A stretch of 63,826 bases of DNA, filler included, from Octopus bimaculoides (lineage: Eukaryota): assembly GCF_001194135.2 (NCBI RefSeq). It is 5 parts of 5 records of this genome, joined end to end, with 100 filler letters (N's around TTAATTAATTAA, not from the genome) between each part and the next. Parts side by side here need not be neighbours in the genome. Positions count along the whole stretch, not along the records: positions 49,643 to 59,226 come from NC_068986.1; positions 59,327 to 63,826 come from NW_026398780.1; 3 more parts are not named here. One strand, written 5' to 3'. Shown in pieces: positions 53,175 to 63,826 of this stretch. Every line of letters starts with the position of its first letter. The stretch's first letter is position 1. The position numbers were made by a program, and so were the translations under genes. Under the pieces are notes generated by a model, which saw only the letters and a program-made list of their open reading frames with translations, did not search any database and had not been told where the DNA came from.

Positions 53175-53386
53175 AAGGTGGTGAGTAGGCAGAATAGTTT
53201 AGCACGCCGGACAAAATGCTTAGCAGCATTTCGTTTTTCTTTGCGCTCTAGATTCAAATACCGGCGATGTAAACTTTGCCTTTTAGCCTTTTAGGGTAAT
53301 AAAATAGGTACCAGTTGAGCACTGGGTCGATTTATTCAACTTAGCCACTCATTCCGAAATTGCTGGACTTGTACCAAAATTTGAAA
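53175..53386 (+). mobile_element. Family-A SINE with 18-bp target duplication
   Basis: aaggtggtgag...gcacgccggacaaaatgcttagc...; upstream tattaccatcctatataa, downstream tattatcattctatataa x2. Confidence 0.85.
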
Positions 53387-53520
53387 TCAGTATTATCATT
53401 CTATATAATATTATCATTCTATATAAAATCCCATCGACAAGCTAGGTTAACAGCAACATACAGAAAGAAAAATATCTTAGACACATGAAAAAAACATGCG
53501 TGTAAACATATCATTAGTGA

Positions 53521-53840
53521 TATTTCCTGGATTGATTAAGTGTTTTGTGTCTTTCAACGTCAGATATTCTCAAGCAGGTGACCCAGCTGGGTTTGATCGA
53601 GTCCCAGGTTGTATCCAGTTAGCACTACTGGAGTGAGCACTCTTCCTTCCAGAGCTCGTACTTCTTGATCCACAGCCACCTCGAGACAACGTCTGTTGCT
53701 TACACAACCAGTCTGCTATGTCTAACATGTAAGCTCTGTAGAAGGGCTGACCTGCAAACTCTCTTCATCCCACTTCAATGAAATCACACTTTTCTTGCTA
53801 GCAGTTGTTTCGGTATAGGTTTACTAGATCTGCATATTAT
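53521..53840 (-). mobile_element. HERO/NeSL-like RLE-type non-LTR retrotransposon 3' remnant
   Basis: YADLVNLYRNNC*...FIEVG*REFAGQPFYRAY...TDVVSRWLWIKKYELW matches the EVGCRGF...SRWLW C-terminus of restriction-like endonuclease LINEs. Confidence 0.7.
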
Positions 53841-54106
53841 GAATTTATCAGTTACAACATCCTTCCCAGGATGACCTTCGTATTACAAAATGAGCAGCAA
53901 GGAACAATTATTATTTTGCTCTCAAGAAGATGCTGAATGCCCCTTGAGATATTAAAAGAACTTAGGAATGTCGTGTTTGAAAGTAAAGCATCAGGACTAA
54001 TAAAGAGGCAAAAATCATTAACACATTAATGATCCTCTGCCTTCAAAATAGCATGTTTTGAATACAAAGATGCTCACTATATCACTACATTATACCCGCG
54101 CGCGCA

Positions 54107-54139
<33 letters not shown>

Positions 54140-54323
54140 TGTTGAATGTATGGTATTCTGTCACATCTATACCATCTGATGAGAGATACAGCCGTATAGT
54201 AGAAGCTGACTCTAATCGTTTATTTTTTTTACCAATATCATAGCCCCAATAATTTATAATATATGTGTACTTTTGTTGAGCACTTTGAGAAAAAGATAAT
54301 TCTCGAAATCTAATTTTGATGCT

Positions 54324-54603
54324 ATAGTATGTTGTCAACTTAATGTAACAGTCCCATGAAAGGGAAGGATGCTACTGTTATTTAGCCCTAGAAAATACCG
54401 TTTCCTGTTGGACTTGACACATTTCCTGTGTCCTTATGTCTTCAAAGTGGAGACAAGCACTTCCATCCAGCAAAGCCTGCATCCAGAGACTAGTTTCAGA
54501 GTCATTGCTCATCATCCAACGGGAAACGGTGTTTCCTAGGGCTAAATAATAGTAGCATTCATCCCTTTCATGGGACTGTCACATTAAGTTGACAACATAC
54601 TAT
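54324..54603. mobile_element. 280-bp palindromic MITE with ~90-bp arms
   Basis: atagtatgttgtcaacttaatgtaacagtcccatgaaaggg... versus ...ccctttcatgggactgtcacattaagttgacaacatactat. Confidence 0.85.
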
Positions 54604-54729
54604 CACTTTATCGTGATGCTACTGCATAAATCTCTCTGAGAGATTTAGAAATGTATTATTTCTAATTTTGATGTGTTTTGTGGAATAAGCATGTGTCTTG
54701 TTTGTACGTGTGAAACGTACATACACACA

Positions 54730-54761
<32 letters not shown>

Positions 54762-54917
54762 GCACATACACACTCACNNNNNNNNNNNNNNNNNNNNNNN
54801 NNNNNNNNNNNNNNNNNNNNNNNNNNNNNNNNNNNNNNNNNNATATATATATATATATATATATATATACAGTGTACATTTCAACACATAAGAGGTATTC
54901 CTTGTACGCTAGAAAGA

Positions 54918-55040
54918 ACAAGTACTTCCATCGAGCAAAGCCTGCATCCAGAGACTAATTTCAGAGTCATTGCTCATCATCCAACAGGAGACGGTGTTTC
55001 CTAGGGCTCAATAACAGTAGCATTCTTCCCTTTCATGGGA
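54918..55040 (+). repeat. Partial direct copy of 54453-54575
   Basis: acaag.acttccatc.agcaaagcctgcatccagagacta.tttcagagtcattgctcatcatccaac...tttcatggga. Confidence 0.9.
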
Positions 55041-55130
55041 ATAATATATAGTCTATGGACTAAATTTTTACACGCTAGGCTACTGGTAGTAGAAATTTCT
55101 AATATTTCTTATTTCCCTTGATATTATTAA

Positions 55131-55168
<38 letters not shown>

Positions 55169-56609
55169 GTAATCTATGTATAACTGAAATTCTTTCATAA
55201 CAGCTCAACATGTTTCTTTCATGTCATTTCTTTTCTCTTGTATTCATGGAATGAAACAGCGAACTATCATGCGGTAAGCTGACGGACGTTATGGTTTCAT
55301 CTGCACTCCCTTCTTTAATATTAAACAATTTAAGGCTATCTATCTTTTAGCAAAGTATGTGATTCCTAAAGAGCATTCAACAACACCTACACTTCTAAAG
55401 ATCTATTTATGTCAAGGATCCTTATGGTTCACCTGGAAAATCATCGGAATGTTTATAAATCTGGTAGCGTTGTATAGTGTAAACTATTGAGTCAACATAT
55501 TCCAGGAACCAAAAATATATCTGGATAAACGTTGAGAAAGAAACATTCTAATTTGTTTATTCATTATTAGACAGATGGTGTTAGAAAAGAAACATACGAA
55601 AAACAAGAAAGCAAATATATGACGGTTTTCACATAATCGCATATGTATTACTACCTATTTATCACACGCCCACTATTAACGTCATATACATATATGTATA
55701 CGATTAGAAATATGTGCGTACAGATGAATAAATACTTACACATTCACGCACACGCACATAGTTATATACATATGCTTGATAAACTGAAGTATTCAATGTA
55801 TTTAATGTATTTTTTCATCTAAATATGTACTACGTATGCGTGTGTTGTGTGGGGGTACATACATACATACATACGTATATACATATATATCGTACGCACA
55901 TATACGTATATATTTATATATATACACGTACATATATACATTATTGTATGTGTGTGTGTGTGTATGTGCGCGCGTGCGCGCGTGTCTATTTATATGTAGA
56001 TGTTGTTTTCCGTGTGCAGATACACAAAATTTCATGTTACACACGTATATGTTATAATTAGAATCAGCATTAAATACTTAGAGTGTAGGAAGGCACGTGT
56101 AAATATTTTTGGTATACTACAGACACATACATGCACCAACGAACGCACTTACAATCATCTGGAAACTACAGCAATGTTGTTGGGAAATTGTTAAATATAA
56201 GTAAGAACAAAACAAACAAGAATTTTAATTTGAATGTATTTCATATTCTTCATATTTCGACTAAAAATTCTCCTTAACAATAATAAAGATAACAAGAGCT
56301 CATGTGGCTTTGTTGCTGGTGTATAAAAAGACTACATGTTATTGATACTTGAACACTGTTGTGGAAAGCTGTGTTCCATTGATTATTTTTTCTCAGGGGT
56401 CTGTTGTCATGCATATGCAAGGAGGAAGTATGGCCAATTGTATTGTACGGTGACCAGATTAGCCAACAGCTTTTGTTTGATTCCTATCGTTTGTTAATGA
56501 CTGGTTTGTGTTATCTTAGCATGACTTCTTTGATCTCCAAGTTTTCAGAACTTTGGTCTGCGGCTTTCATCGTAACCGTGACGATGGTAATAGTTGTTAG
56601 AAAAATTCT

Positions 56610-56950
56610 TTCATTTCTTGCATTTGGAATCTTGCTGTCTACAGCGTGTAAAGGATGTTTGGTATCCGTTAACTTTTAATAATTTTCATATTGTTTGATA
56701 TTCGTGACTCAGTATTCTGTACCTGCTATTAGAACGAACGAGCTCTTTCCATATGCAGCACTAATAGGGATGGTTGCAGTGGACAAGCAGATATCTGCAG
56801 ATGCCGTTCTTCTATAATTCTTTCTTTTATAATTCTATGGAAAGCCTGTTGACGGTGAGATCCAGAATTGTTGAAATGTTCTACGTTAAATTCTATTTGG
56901 ACATCAATATTTGCGAATGTCTCGAATATTGCATCATGAAAAGATGGTAC
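56610..56950 (-). pseudogene. Old Penelope-like RT remnant
   Basis: Frameshifted minus-strand pieces TFANIDVQIEFNVE / ILDLTV / RYLLVHCNHPY / KLLKVNGYQTSF resemble PLE RT motifs (FLD, S.HP, NGYP). Confidence 0.5.
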
Positions 56951-57662
56951 GTTGAACGCTTAATACCTGCCACCCTTATGCTTTCTTCACCGGATATGTG
57001 GATGATGTACGTATAGGCACATTTGTATTTAAAATATCGTACCCTAAGATTACGCCCCCACCCCCACCACTACCGCCATCTGGAAACTAAATCTTCTCCA
57101 GCACAAAACTCCCTGCCAGGAATGAAGTATGAACTAATAATTACTCGATGTAACAAACTAAATCATGAATAATCTCTCGACCGTTATCAAACAAACTTGT
57201 CAACTCCGGTATTTCAGCGTATTCACTCTACAGGCTAATAATAGTAGCTAAATCTTAAAACAGCCATCACCTAATCATTTCAGAAAATATTGCATTGGAC
57301 AATGTAACGTAAGGTAAATTATGCTTTCACAGTAAAAAATAATGAAAGCAAGGCAAACTCGTAGCTGGAATGCTTTTAAGTTAGGTCTATAGCCTTCTGG
57401 TTAAGTAACAACAAGGAACGAGTGATAGCTCCTCTACACGGTTGGTAGATCTGTAGCAGTTAATACACTCTCAGATCGCAACTGGACATCATAAAACAAG
57501 CCCAATGGAAAATATGGCCGTGTATGCACTGAGCCTATGTTAAAGTTTATATAACGAAGAGAATGCTTTTAATGAAAAGCTAATTTGATCAGTACTACCT
57601 TGGGTTAAACCATAATATCAAACCAGTTATTTAGTCCCATAGTTAAAATTGTCTGCACACGA

Positions 57663-57787
57663 TTCCAAGTTCAGTCACACTGCGTGGTACCTTGGGCAGG
57701 TGTTTTCTACTATAACACTATAGTCTGGGGTCAACCAAAACCTTGCGAGTGGATTTGGTAGACGGAAACTGAAAGAAGCTCGTCGTA
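57663..57787 (+). mobile_element. Family-B SINE body
   Basis: ctgcgtggtaccttgggcagg...gtggatttggtagacggaaactgaaagaagctcgtcgtata. Confidence 0.85.
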
Positions 57788-57820
57788 TATACATACACAT
57801 GCATGTATATATATATATAA

Positions 57821-57853
<33 letters not shown>

Positions 57854-58207
57854 NNNNNNNNNNNNNNNNNNNNNNNNNNNNNNNNNNNNNNNNNNNNNNN
57901 NNNNNNNNNNNNNNNNNNNNNNNNNNNNNNNNNNNNNNNNNNNNNNNNNNNNNNNNNNNNNNNNNNNNNNNNNNNNNNNNNNNNNNNNNNNNNNNNNNNN
58001 NNNNNNNNNNNNNNNNNNNNNNNNNNNNNNNNNNNNNNNNNNNNNNNNNNNNNNNNNNNNNNNNNNNNNNNNNNNNNNNNNNNNNNNNNNNNNNNNNNNN
58101 NNNNNNNNNNNNNNNNNNNNNNNNNNNNNNNNNNNNNNNNNNNNNNNNNNNNNNNNNNNNNNNNNNNNNNNNNNNNNNNNNNNNNNNNNNNNNNNNNNNN
58201 NNNNNNG

Positions 58208-58275
<68 letters not shown>

Positions 58276-58309
58276 CACACACACACACACATAAACACAT
58301 AAATATATA

Positions 58310-58490
58310 CATACAGCAATATAACTACACGTGGTCCGTTGGCAATTTCTTCTCCTCCTCCTTCTTTGGACTTTTCTCTTCCTCTTTTCCGACGAAGAGC
58401 TAGGCTCGAAACGTTAAACTCTCTCTTTTCACAGAGCGTCAAGCTAATATGCTTCTTGTGCACGTCCTCACGTTCGTTGTTTTCTTTTCT
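58310..58490 (+). mobile_element. Short repeat carrying the best-preserved hammerhead-like motif (58385-58419)
   Basis: UUUU-CCGACGA-A-GAGC-UAG-GCUC-GAAACGUU-AAAC. Confidence 0.6.
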
Positions 58491-58535
58491 AGTTTCTTAA
58501 TTTAACTTGTTCGTTTATTTGAATTGGGCTATATA

Positions 58536-59226
58536 CAGGGGTTGGACAAAATAATGAAAACACCTGAAAATTTCAAACAAATTAATTTTAATATAGGGAA
58601 GGAACGCCTTTGGCAGTAATTACAGCTTGAATTATATGAGGTATGGGCGCGTACAAAGTTTGAATTGTTTCCAAAGGAATTTTTCTCCATTCTTCAGCTA
58701 AAACACACTTCAGTTCTTGTAGTGATGATGGTCGGGGATATGGACTCCTTACTTGTTTTTCTAAAATGCACCATAAATGTTCAATATTGAGATCTGGGGA
58801 CTGTAGTGGCCAGATAAGATGTTCAACTTCACTAGAATGTTCCTCGTGCCATTCAGTAACAATTTATCCGTGTGAATTGGTGTATTATCATCCTGAAAGA
58901 TTGCGTTTTCCCCCGGAAACAGTTCTGCAACCATAGGATGAATTTGATCAGGTAATATGCTTAAATAGTCTTGACTATTAATTCTGCCATGAAGGTAAAC
59001 CATTGGGCCGGCGGATTTACAAGATATAGCCCCCAGATCATCACAGATCCTCTTCCATGTTTAACAGTTGGAAGAAGGCAGTCTGGGTCAAACGCTTCTT
59101 TTGGCTGTCTCCACACGTATACTCGACCGATGGTCAGAAATAAAGTAAAGGATGACCCGTCCGAGAAAATAACATTCTTCCACTGCTCTAAGGACCAATT
59201 CTGTAGGTTTTTACTCCACTCTAAAC
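58536..59226 (-). pseudogene. Tc1-family transposase 3' half with TIR, cut by a scaffold join
   Basis: WKNVIFSDGSSF...PTVKHGRGSVMIWG...FQDDNTPIH...WPLQSPDLNIEHLW...IQAVITAKG..Y* (stop 58588-58590). TA + cagggg ttggacaaaataatgaaaacacc TIR at 58534-58565. Confidence 0.92.
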
Positions 59227-59326
59227 NNNNNNNNNNNNNNNNNNNNNNNNNNNNNNNNNNNNNNNNNNNNTTAATTAATTAANNNNNNNNNNNNNNNNNN
59301 NNNNNNNNNNNNNNNNNNNNNNNNNN
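59227..59326. other. Artificial scaffold join (44N-TTAATTAATTAA-44N)
   Basis: Same structure as 27395-27494. Confidence 0.95.
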
Positions 59327-59358
<32 letters not shown>

Positions 59359-59410
59359 TGTTGGTAAATCATAAATCCCAAAGAGAAGAACATTCTAAGT
59401 TATAGAACGG

Positions 59411-59495
59411 TAATTAGATAATGATAGTTCTGGCTGGTCTATAGGGTTACCCTAGATAACCCCATAGACTGACCATAACTATCTTTATCTAACTA
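59411..59495. repeat. 85-nt imperfect palindrome (39-bp ungapped stem, 7-nt loop)
   Basis: taattagataatgatagttctggctggtctatagggtta-ccctaga-taaccccatagactgaccataactatctttatctaacta; 32 Watson-Crick pairs, 2 G-U, 5 mismatches. Confidence 0.85.
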
Positions 59496-59500
59496 ATATA

Positions 59501-59711
59501 TATGGCTGAATCGCTAGGACGCCGGGCGAAATGCTTAGCGGGATTTCATCTGTCTTTGCATTCTGAGTTCAAATTCTGCCATGGTCGACTTTGCCTTTCA
59601 TCCTTTCTGGATTGATAAATTAAGTACCAGTTGCATACTGGGGTCGATCTAATCGACTGCCCCCCCCCTCCCCCAAATTTTCAGGCCTTGTACCTAGAGT
59701 AGAAATGAATA
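59501..59711 (+). mobile_element. Family-A SINE
   Basis: gacgccgggcgaaatgcttagcgg...gagttcaaattc...gtcgactttgcctttcatcc...taagtaccag. Confidence 0.9.
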
Positions 59712-59726
59712 TATATATATATATGT

Positions 59727-60325
59727 GGAGGCGTGTGGCTTAGTGGTTAAGGTGTCAGCACCATGATCATAAGATTGTGGTTTCGATTCCTGGACTGGGC
59801 AACGCGTTGTGTTCTTGAGCAAAACACTTCATTTCACGTTGCTCCAGTCCACTCAGCTGGCAAAAATGAGTAACGCTGNNNNNNNNNNNNNNNNNNNNNN
59901 NNNNNNNNNNNNNNNNNNNNNNNNNNNNNNNNNNNNNNNNNNNNNNNNNNNNNNNNNNNNNNNNNNNNNNNNNNNNNNNNNNNNNNNNNNNNNNNNNNNN
60001 NNNNNNNNNNNNNNNNNNNNNNNNNNNNNNNNNNNNNNNNNNNNNNNNNNNNNNNNNNNNNNNNNNNNNNNNNNNNNNNNNNNNNNNNNNNNNNNNNNNN
60101 NNNNNNNNNNNNNNNNNNNNNNNNNNNNNNNNNNNNNNNNNNNNNNNNNNNNNNNNNNNNNNNNNNNNNNNNNNNNNNNNNNNNNNNNNNNNNNNNNNNN
60201 NNNNNNNNNNNNNNNNNNNNNNNNNNNNNNAAAAATGAGTAACGCTGCGATGGACTGGCGTCCCGTCCAGCTGGGGAGCACATGAGCCGGGCCCATGAGC
60301 TTGGCTAGGCTTTAAAAGGGCACAT
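59727..60325 (+). mobile_element. Family-D-like tRNA SINE spanning a gap
   Basis: ggaggcgtgtggcttagtggttaagg...ggtttcgattcctggactgggc; aaaaatgagtaacgctg repeated on both gap edges. Confidence 0.8.
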
Positions 60326-60334
60326 TTTTATATA

Positions 60335-60374
<40 letters not shown>

Positions 60375-60744
60375 GTATGTATGTATTCTGAGGGCGAGGA
60401 ACAGGTAAAATTCAGGTTGAATATGTTTCCTCGCTAGCAGATCCTGTGATGTCGTAATTACTTAACAAGGGGTACTTATTCAGCTAGTGACTCACTGGGC
60501 CAAATATGCCTTAATTATATGAAGGTTACATTGTCGTTAAGGAATCCCAAGTTAACTCACTGAAGACATATATGTATGTACGACAGATTTCCATCTACAT
60601 ATGGTTGACCACTCTTGTCCAAGGTGCCACACAGTGGGGGTTGAACCCAAAACCATGTGGCTGCAAAGTAAGCTTTTTTAACCCCACAGCCATGTCTATG
60701 CCTAAAACAAATTAGACTTAAGAGAATATAGTTTTATATCTCAC

Positions 60745-61040
60745 CATCATCATCATCGACATCATAACATCTGCTTTTCCCTGTTTGCTTGGGTTGGACC
60801 GATTTTATTGAGGCAGACTTTCTGCTGCTGGATGTCCTTTCCTGTTGACAGTTTTTACTTGTTTCCAAATAAGGTAATATTTCTCTCCCATGACCTGACC
60901 GGACATGTGTGTTTGCTTGTTTTTTTTCTTTTTGTTTTTGTGTTAGGCAAGACTGGAAACAAGGGACGCTGTTCTGTGTGATGGTGACACTCGTTTTATG
61001 ACTACCGTGTGACGTCAAAACAAGGAGACATGACATACAC
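60745..61040 (-). mobile_element. Degenerate RTE-type 3' UTR copy
   Basis: catcatcatcgacat...gggttggaccg...ctggatgtcctttcct. Confidence 0.6.
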
Positions 61041-61064
61041 TCATATGTACACACACACACACAT

Positions 61065-61206
61065 CTGCCAAATCTCCTTCACAAGGCTTTACTCAGCCTA
61101 GGGCTACAGTAGAAGATAGCTGCCTAAGGTGCCACTCAGTGAGATTCAATCTGAAACCATGGGACTGGAAAGCAAACCCCTTAACTAAATAGTCCTGCTT
61201 GTGCCT
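61065..61206 (-). mobile_element. Family-B SINE, degenerate (another at ~60590-60700)
   Basis: cacaaggcttt...gctacagtagaagat...ccaaggtgcc-like...gaaaccatg. Confidence 0.7.
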
Positions 61207-61259
61207 ACATGTATGTATGTATGTATGGATGGATGGATGGATGGTTCATTCGAATTTAC

Positions 61260-61420
61260 ATAGAAAAAAAGATGAAGACAGGTGAGTGAATAACAAGCAG
61301 GTGTATTAGTTTGAGTCTTGGGAAGAATGAAAGAGTCTTTGATGTTTCGAGCCTACGCTCTTTGACAGAAAGGATTAAGAGGGGGGAAAAAATGGAGAGA
61401 GAAAGGGAAAAAGAAAAACT
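61260..61420 (-). mobile_element. Short repeat with hammerhead-like motif (61334-61376)
   Basis: Reverse complement: AAUCCUUU-CUGUCAA-A-GAGC-GUAG-GCUC-GAAACAUC-AAAGACU; homologous to 39542-39660. Confidence 0.6.
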
Positions 61421-61467
61421 GAGAAAAAACATGTAGGGATTAATGGTTCAACATGGTATATACTGAC

Positions 61468-61771
61468 TGGCATTCCGTTGGTTATGACGAGTGTTGAAGT
61501 TGATCTGATCAACAGAACAGCCTCCTTGTGAAATTAACGTGCAAGTGGCTGAGCACTCCACAAACACGTGTACTCTTAACGTAGAAATTCAGCATGACAC
61601 AGAATGTGACAAGGCTGACCCCCTTTGAATTACAGGTACAACTCATTTTTGCCAGCTGAGTGGACTGGGGCAATGTGAAAGAAAGTGTCTTGCTCCAGGA
61701 CACAACATGCCACTGGGAATTGAATGCACAACCTTGTAATTGAGAGTCGGACACCCCTAACCACTTTGCCA
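61468..61771 (-). mobile_element. Family-D SINE
   Basis: gaacagcctccttgtgaaattaacgtgcaagtggctgagcactccac..acacgtg matches 23292-23675. Confidence 0.85.
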
Positions 61772-62202
61772 CACACACATGTATGCTGTATGTTTATATG
61801 TGTGTGCAAACATAAATATATATAACAGAAAAAACTCAATTTATTTATATAACAGTCAATTTCATATTGCCTACTTACATTTCAATTTCTTAACTTTATT
61901 CATATTTTGCAATTAAGATTGCAATATGCATTTAAAAGGTAAAAATCTCNNNNNNNNNNNNNNNNNNNNNNNNNNNNNNNNNNNNNNNNNNNNNNNNNNN
62001 NNNNNNNNNNNNNNNNNNNNNNNNNNNNNNNNNNNNNNNNNNNNATATATATATATATATATACTTTTTATATAGTTTGATGATGGCTTAACTGGTCCAC
62101 ACTTTGAAGTCACTGTCGACAACATTCTTGTCTAAAGAATACTGAATTTGTATTCTACAAAAGTATAAAATTGTTTTTTTTATAACTGAACATAAAAACG
62201 GC

Positions 62203-62392
62203 TCCCGTACCGGTGGCACATAAAAGCACCCGCTATGCCATCGGAGTGGTTGGCGTTAGGAAGGGCATCCAGCTGTAGAAACTTTGCCAGATCAGACGGG
62301 AGCCTGGTGCAGCCTCCTGGCTTGCCGGTCCTCAGTCAAACCGTCCAACCCATGCCAGCATGGAAAACGGACGTTAAATGATGATAATGATA
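62203..62392 (+). mobile_element. RTE-type 3' UTR copy with (GAT)n tail
   Basis: ccggtggcacataaaagcacc...aggaagggcatccagctgtagaaac...catggaaaacggacgttaaatgatga. Confidence 0.85.
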
Positions 62393-62559
62393 TACACCTA
62401 TGAAATGCAGAGTTTAGTTTGTAACCATGTGGTTTTGAGTTCTATCTCACTATACAGCACTTTGGGGGAAGCGTCTTCTACTGTAACCTCGAGACAACTA
62501 ATGTGTGTGTGTGTGTGTGTTTGTCATAATTTTTATGCTCACTTCCCATGCTTGTAGTA

Positions 62560-62900
62560 GTCATGTAGGTTCCCTTTCCAACAGCATCTCACAATTTGTT
62601 GCGACTCTTGTCATTCTCCTGCGAGGTTCAACACTGAGATCAGCTTTTAGCACTTCTGCCTTCGTCTTCCTCGGTCATTTGCTTCCACACTACATGTGAT
62701 GATTTCTCTTATATATATCCAATTTGTCTCTCTCATCTCACCTCTTACTCATCGCTTGTGCACATCTTCTGCATCCAGCATCCATGTCTCACTACCATAC
62801 ACCATTGCAGTCCATACATGTACAACATGCAATCAGTCTAACTCACCATTGCCTAACTATTCAACAGGAAATGCTAAACTACAGCAGTTTTAGAAGTCAT
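62560..62900 (-). mobile_element. RTE LINE remnant
   Basis: Minus frame AMVYGSETWMLDAEDVHKR plus a degenerate RGR....EVLKADL C-terminus. Confidence 0.65.
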
Positions 62901-63414
62901 GAAGCATCTGCAACAGTCAGGGACACCACAAACTCTTCTATGTTAAACTAAAAAGTATTTTAAATATATATATATATATATGTACTATACCAATATATAT
63001 ATATATGTATGTATGTGCATGTGTATTTGTGTGTATGTGTGCATACTATATTTTAATGTGTATAAGGAACCCTTTTTTGTCAAAAATTGGGTTAAAAAAA
63101 TATGGGAGTTTCTTATACATGGATACATGGATAATCCCCTACAAAACCTTTCTTCCATATTTTAAACCCGCAAAATTAGGGGGTTCCTTATACACGTTAA
63201 AATACAATATATATGTATGGGAGTATATTTATGTATATGTGTAAATATGTGTGCATATATGTATATATATTATACGTGTGTGTGTGTAAATATATGTATT
63301 TATACACAAGTATGTGCATATATATATATTTGTATGTATATTTATATGATGTACCATCACCATCATTTAACATCTATATTTGTATAATTAATATATATAA
63401 AAATATCATCTTCA

Positions 63415-63600
63415 TTATCATCATCATTTTAATGTCCACCCTTCCATGGCTGCATAGGTCAGACAGTCTGTTAAGGGAAATTTTTTATGGCTGGATGCCC
63501 CAAGGTAATATTTCCTCATGGCCATATATATACTTGCAGAATATTGGAAATGAATGACACTGCTTATATGACAGTGGCACTCATTTACAACTACCACGTT
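63415..63600 (-). mobile_element. Degenerate RTE-type 3' UTR copy
   Basis: atcatcattttaatgtccacccttccatg...ggctggatgccc. Confidence 0.55.
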
Positions 63601-63628
63601 ATGTGAAGACAGACACACACTATGTATA

Positions 63629-63660
<32 letters not shown>

Positions 63661-63662
<2 letters not shown>

Positions 63663-63826
63663 CTCTCGTTTTTACTCTTTTTACTTGTTTCAGTCTTTTG
63701 ATTGCGGCCATGCTGGAGCACTGCCTTTAGTCGAGCAAATCGACCCCGGGACTTATTCTTTGTAAGCCTAGTGCTTATTCTATTGGTATCTTTTGCCGAA
63801 CCGCTAAGTTACGGGGACATAAACAC
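63661..63826 (-). mobile_element. Family-B SINE 3' tail (runs off the window)
   Basis: ttacttgtttcagtc...gcggccatgctggagcactgcctttagtcgagcaaatcgacccc...gccgaaccgctaagttacggggac. Confidence 0.9.

Noticed and set aside
56996-57010. Plus-strand YVDDV as an RT catalytic motif
   Set aside because: The adjacent PLE motifs are on the minus strand, and there is no other plus-strand RT motif.

Overview
AT-rich animal genomic DNA packed with microsatellites ((TA)n, (CA)n, (AGAT)n, trinucleotide tracts) and assembly gaps. I recognise the repeat families from memory as Octopus-like (coleoid cephalopod); no database search was done. I cannot support any intact protein-coding gene, true tRNA/rRNA gene or CRISPR array, and most ORFs in the supplied track are translated microsatellites, N-runs or antisense frames. 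What is supportable is a fossil record of mobile elements. These comprise (i) Penelope-like retroelement (PLE) remnants, including a Neptune-type RT-thumb + GIY-YIG pseudogene (4649-5560, minus) and a 1.3-kb element with ~400-bp inverted arms (15859-17165), and (ii) RTE, CR1/L2-like and HERO/NeSL-like LINE ends. They also include (iii) Tc1, mariner and a possible piggyBac transposase remnant plus hAT-/Kolobok-like MITEs, and (iv) many copies of three tRNA-derived SINE families, labelled A, B and D here. The most novel-looking signal is a set of about six dispersed short repeats, each carrying a minimal hammerhead-ribozyme-like motif with covarying stems and non-canonical cores (CCGANGA / CUGUCNA). 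Four 44N-TTAATTAATTAA-44N spacers are artificial scaffold joins, so the window is five pieces whose adjacency is not sequence-verified. The piece at 34963-49542 looks CpG-depleted and may be methylated intronic DNA of an unidentified gene.
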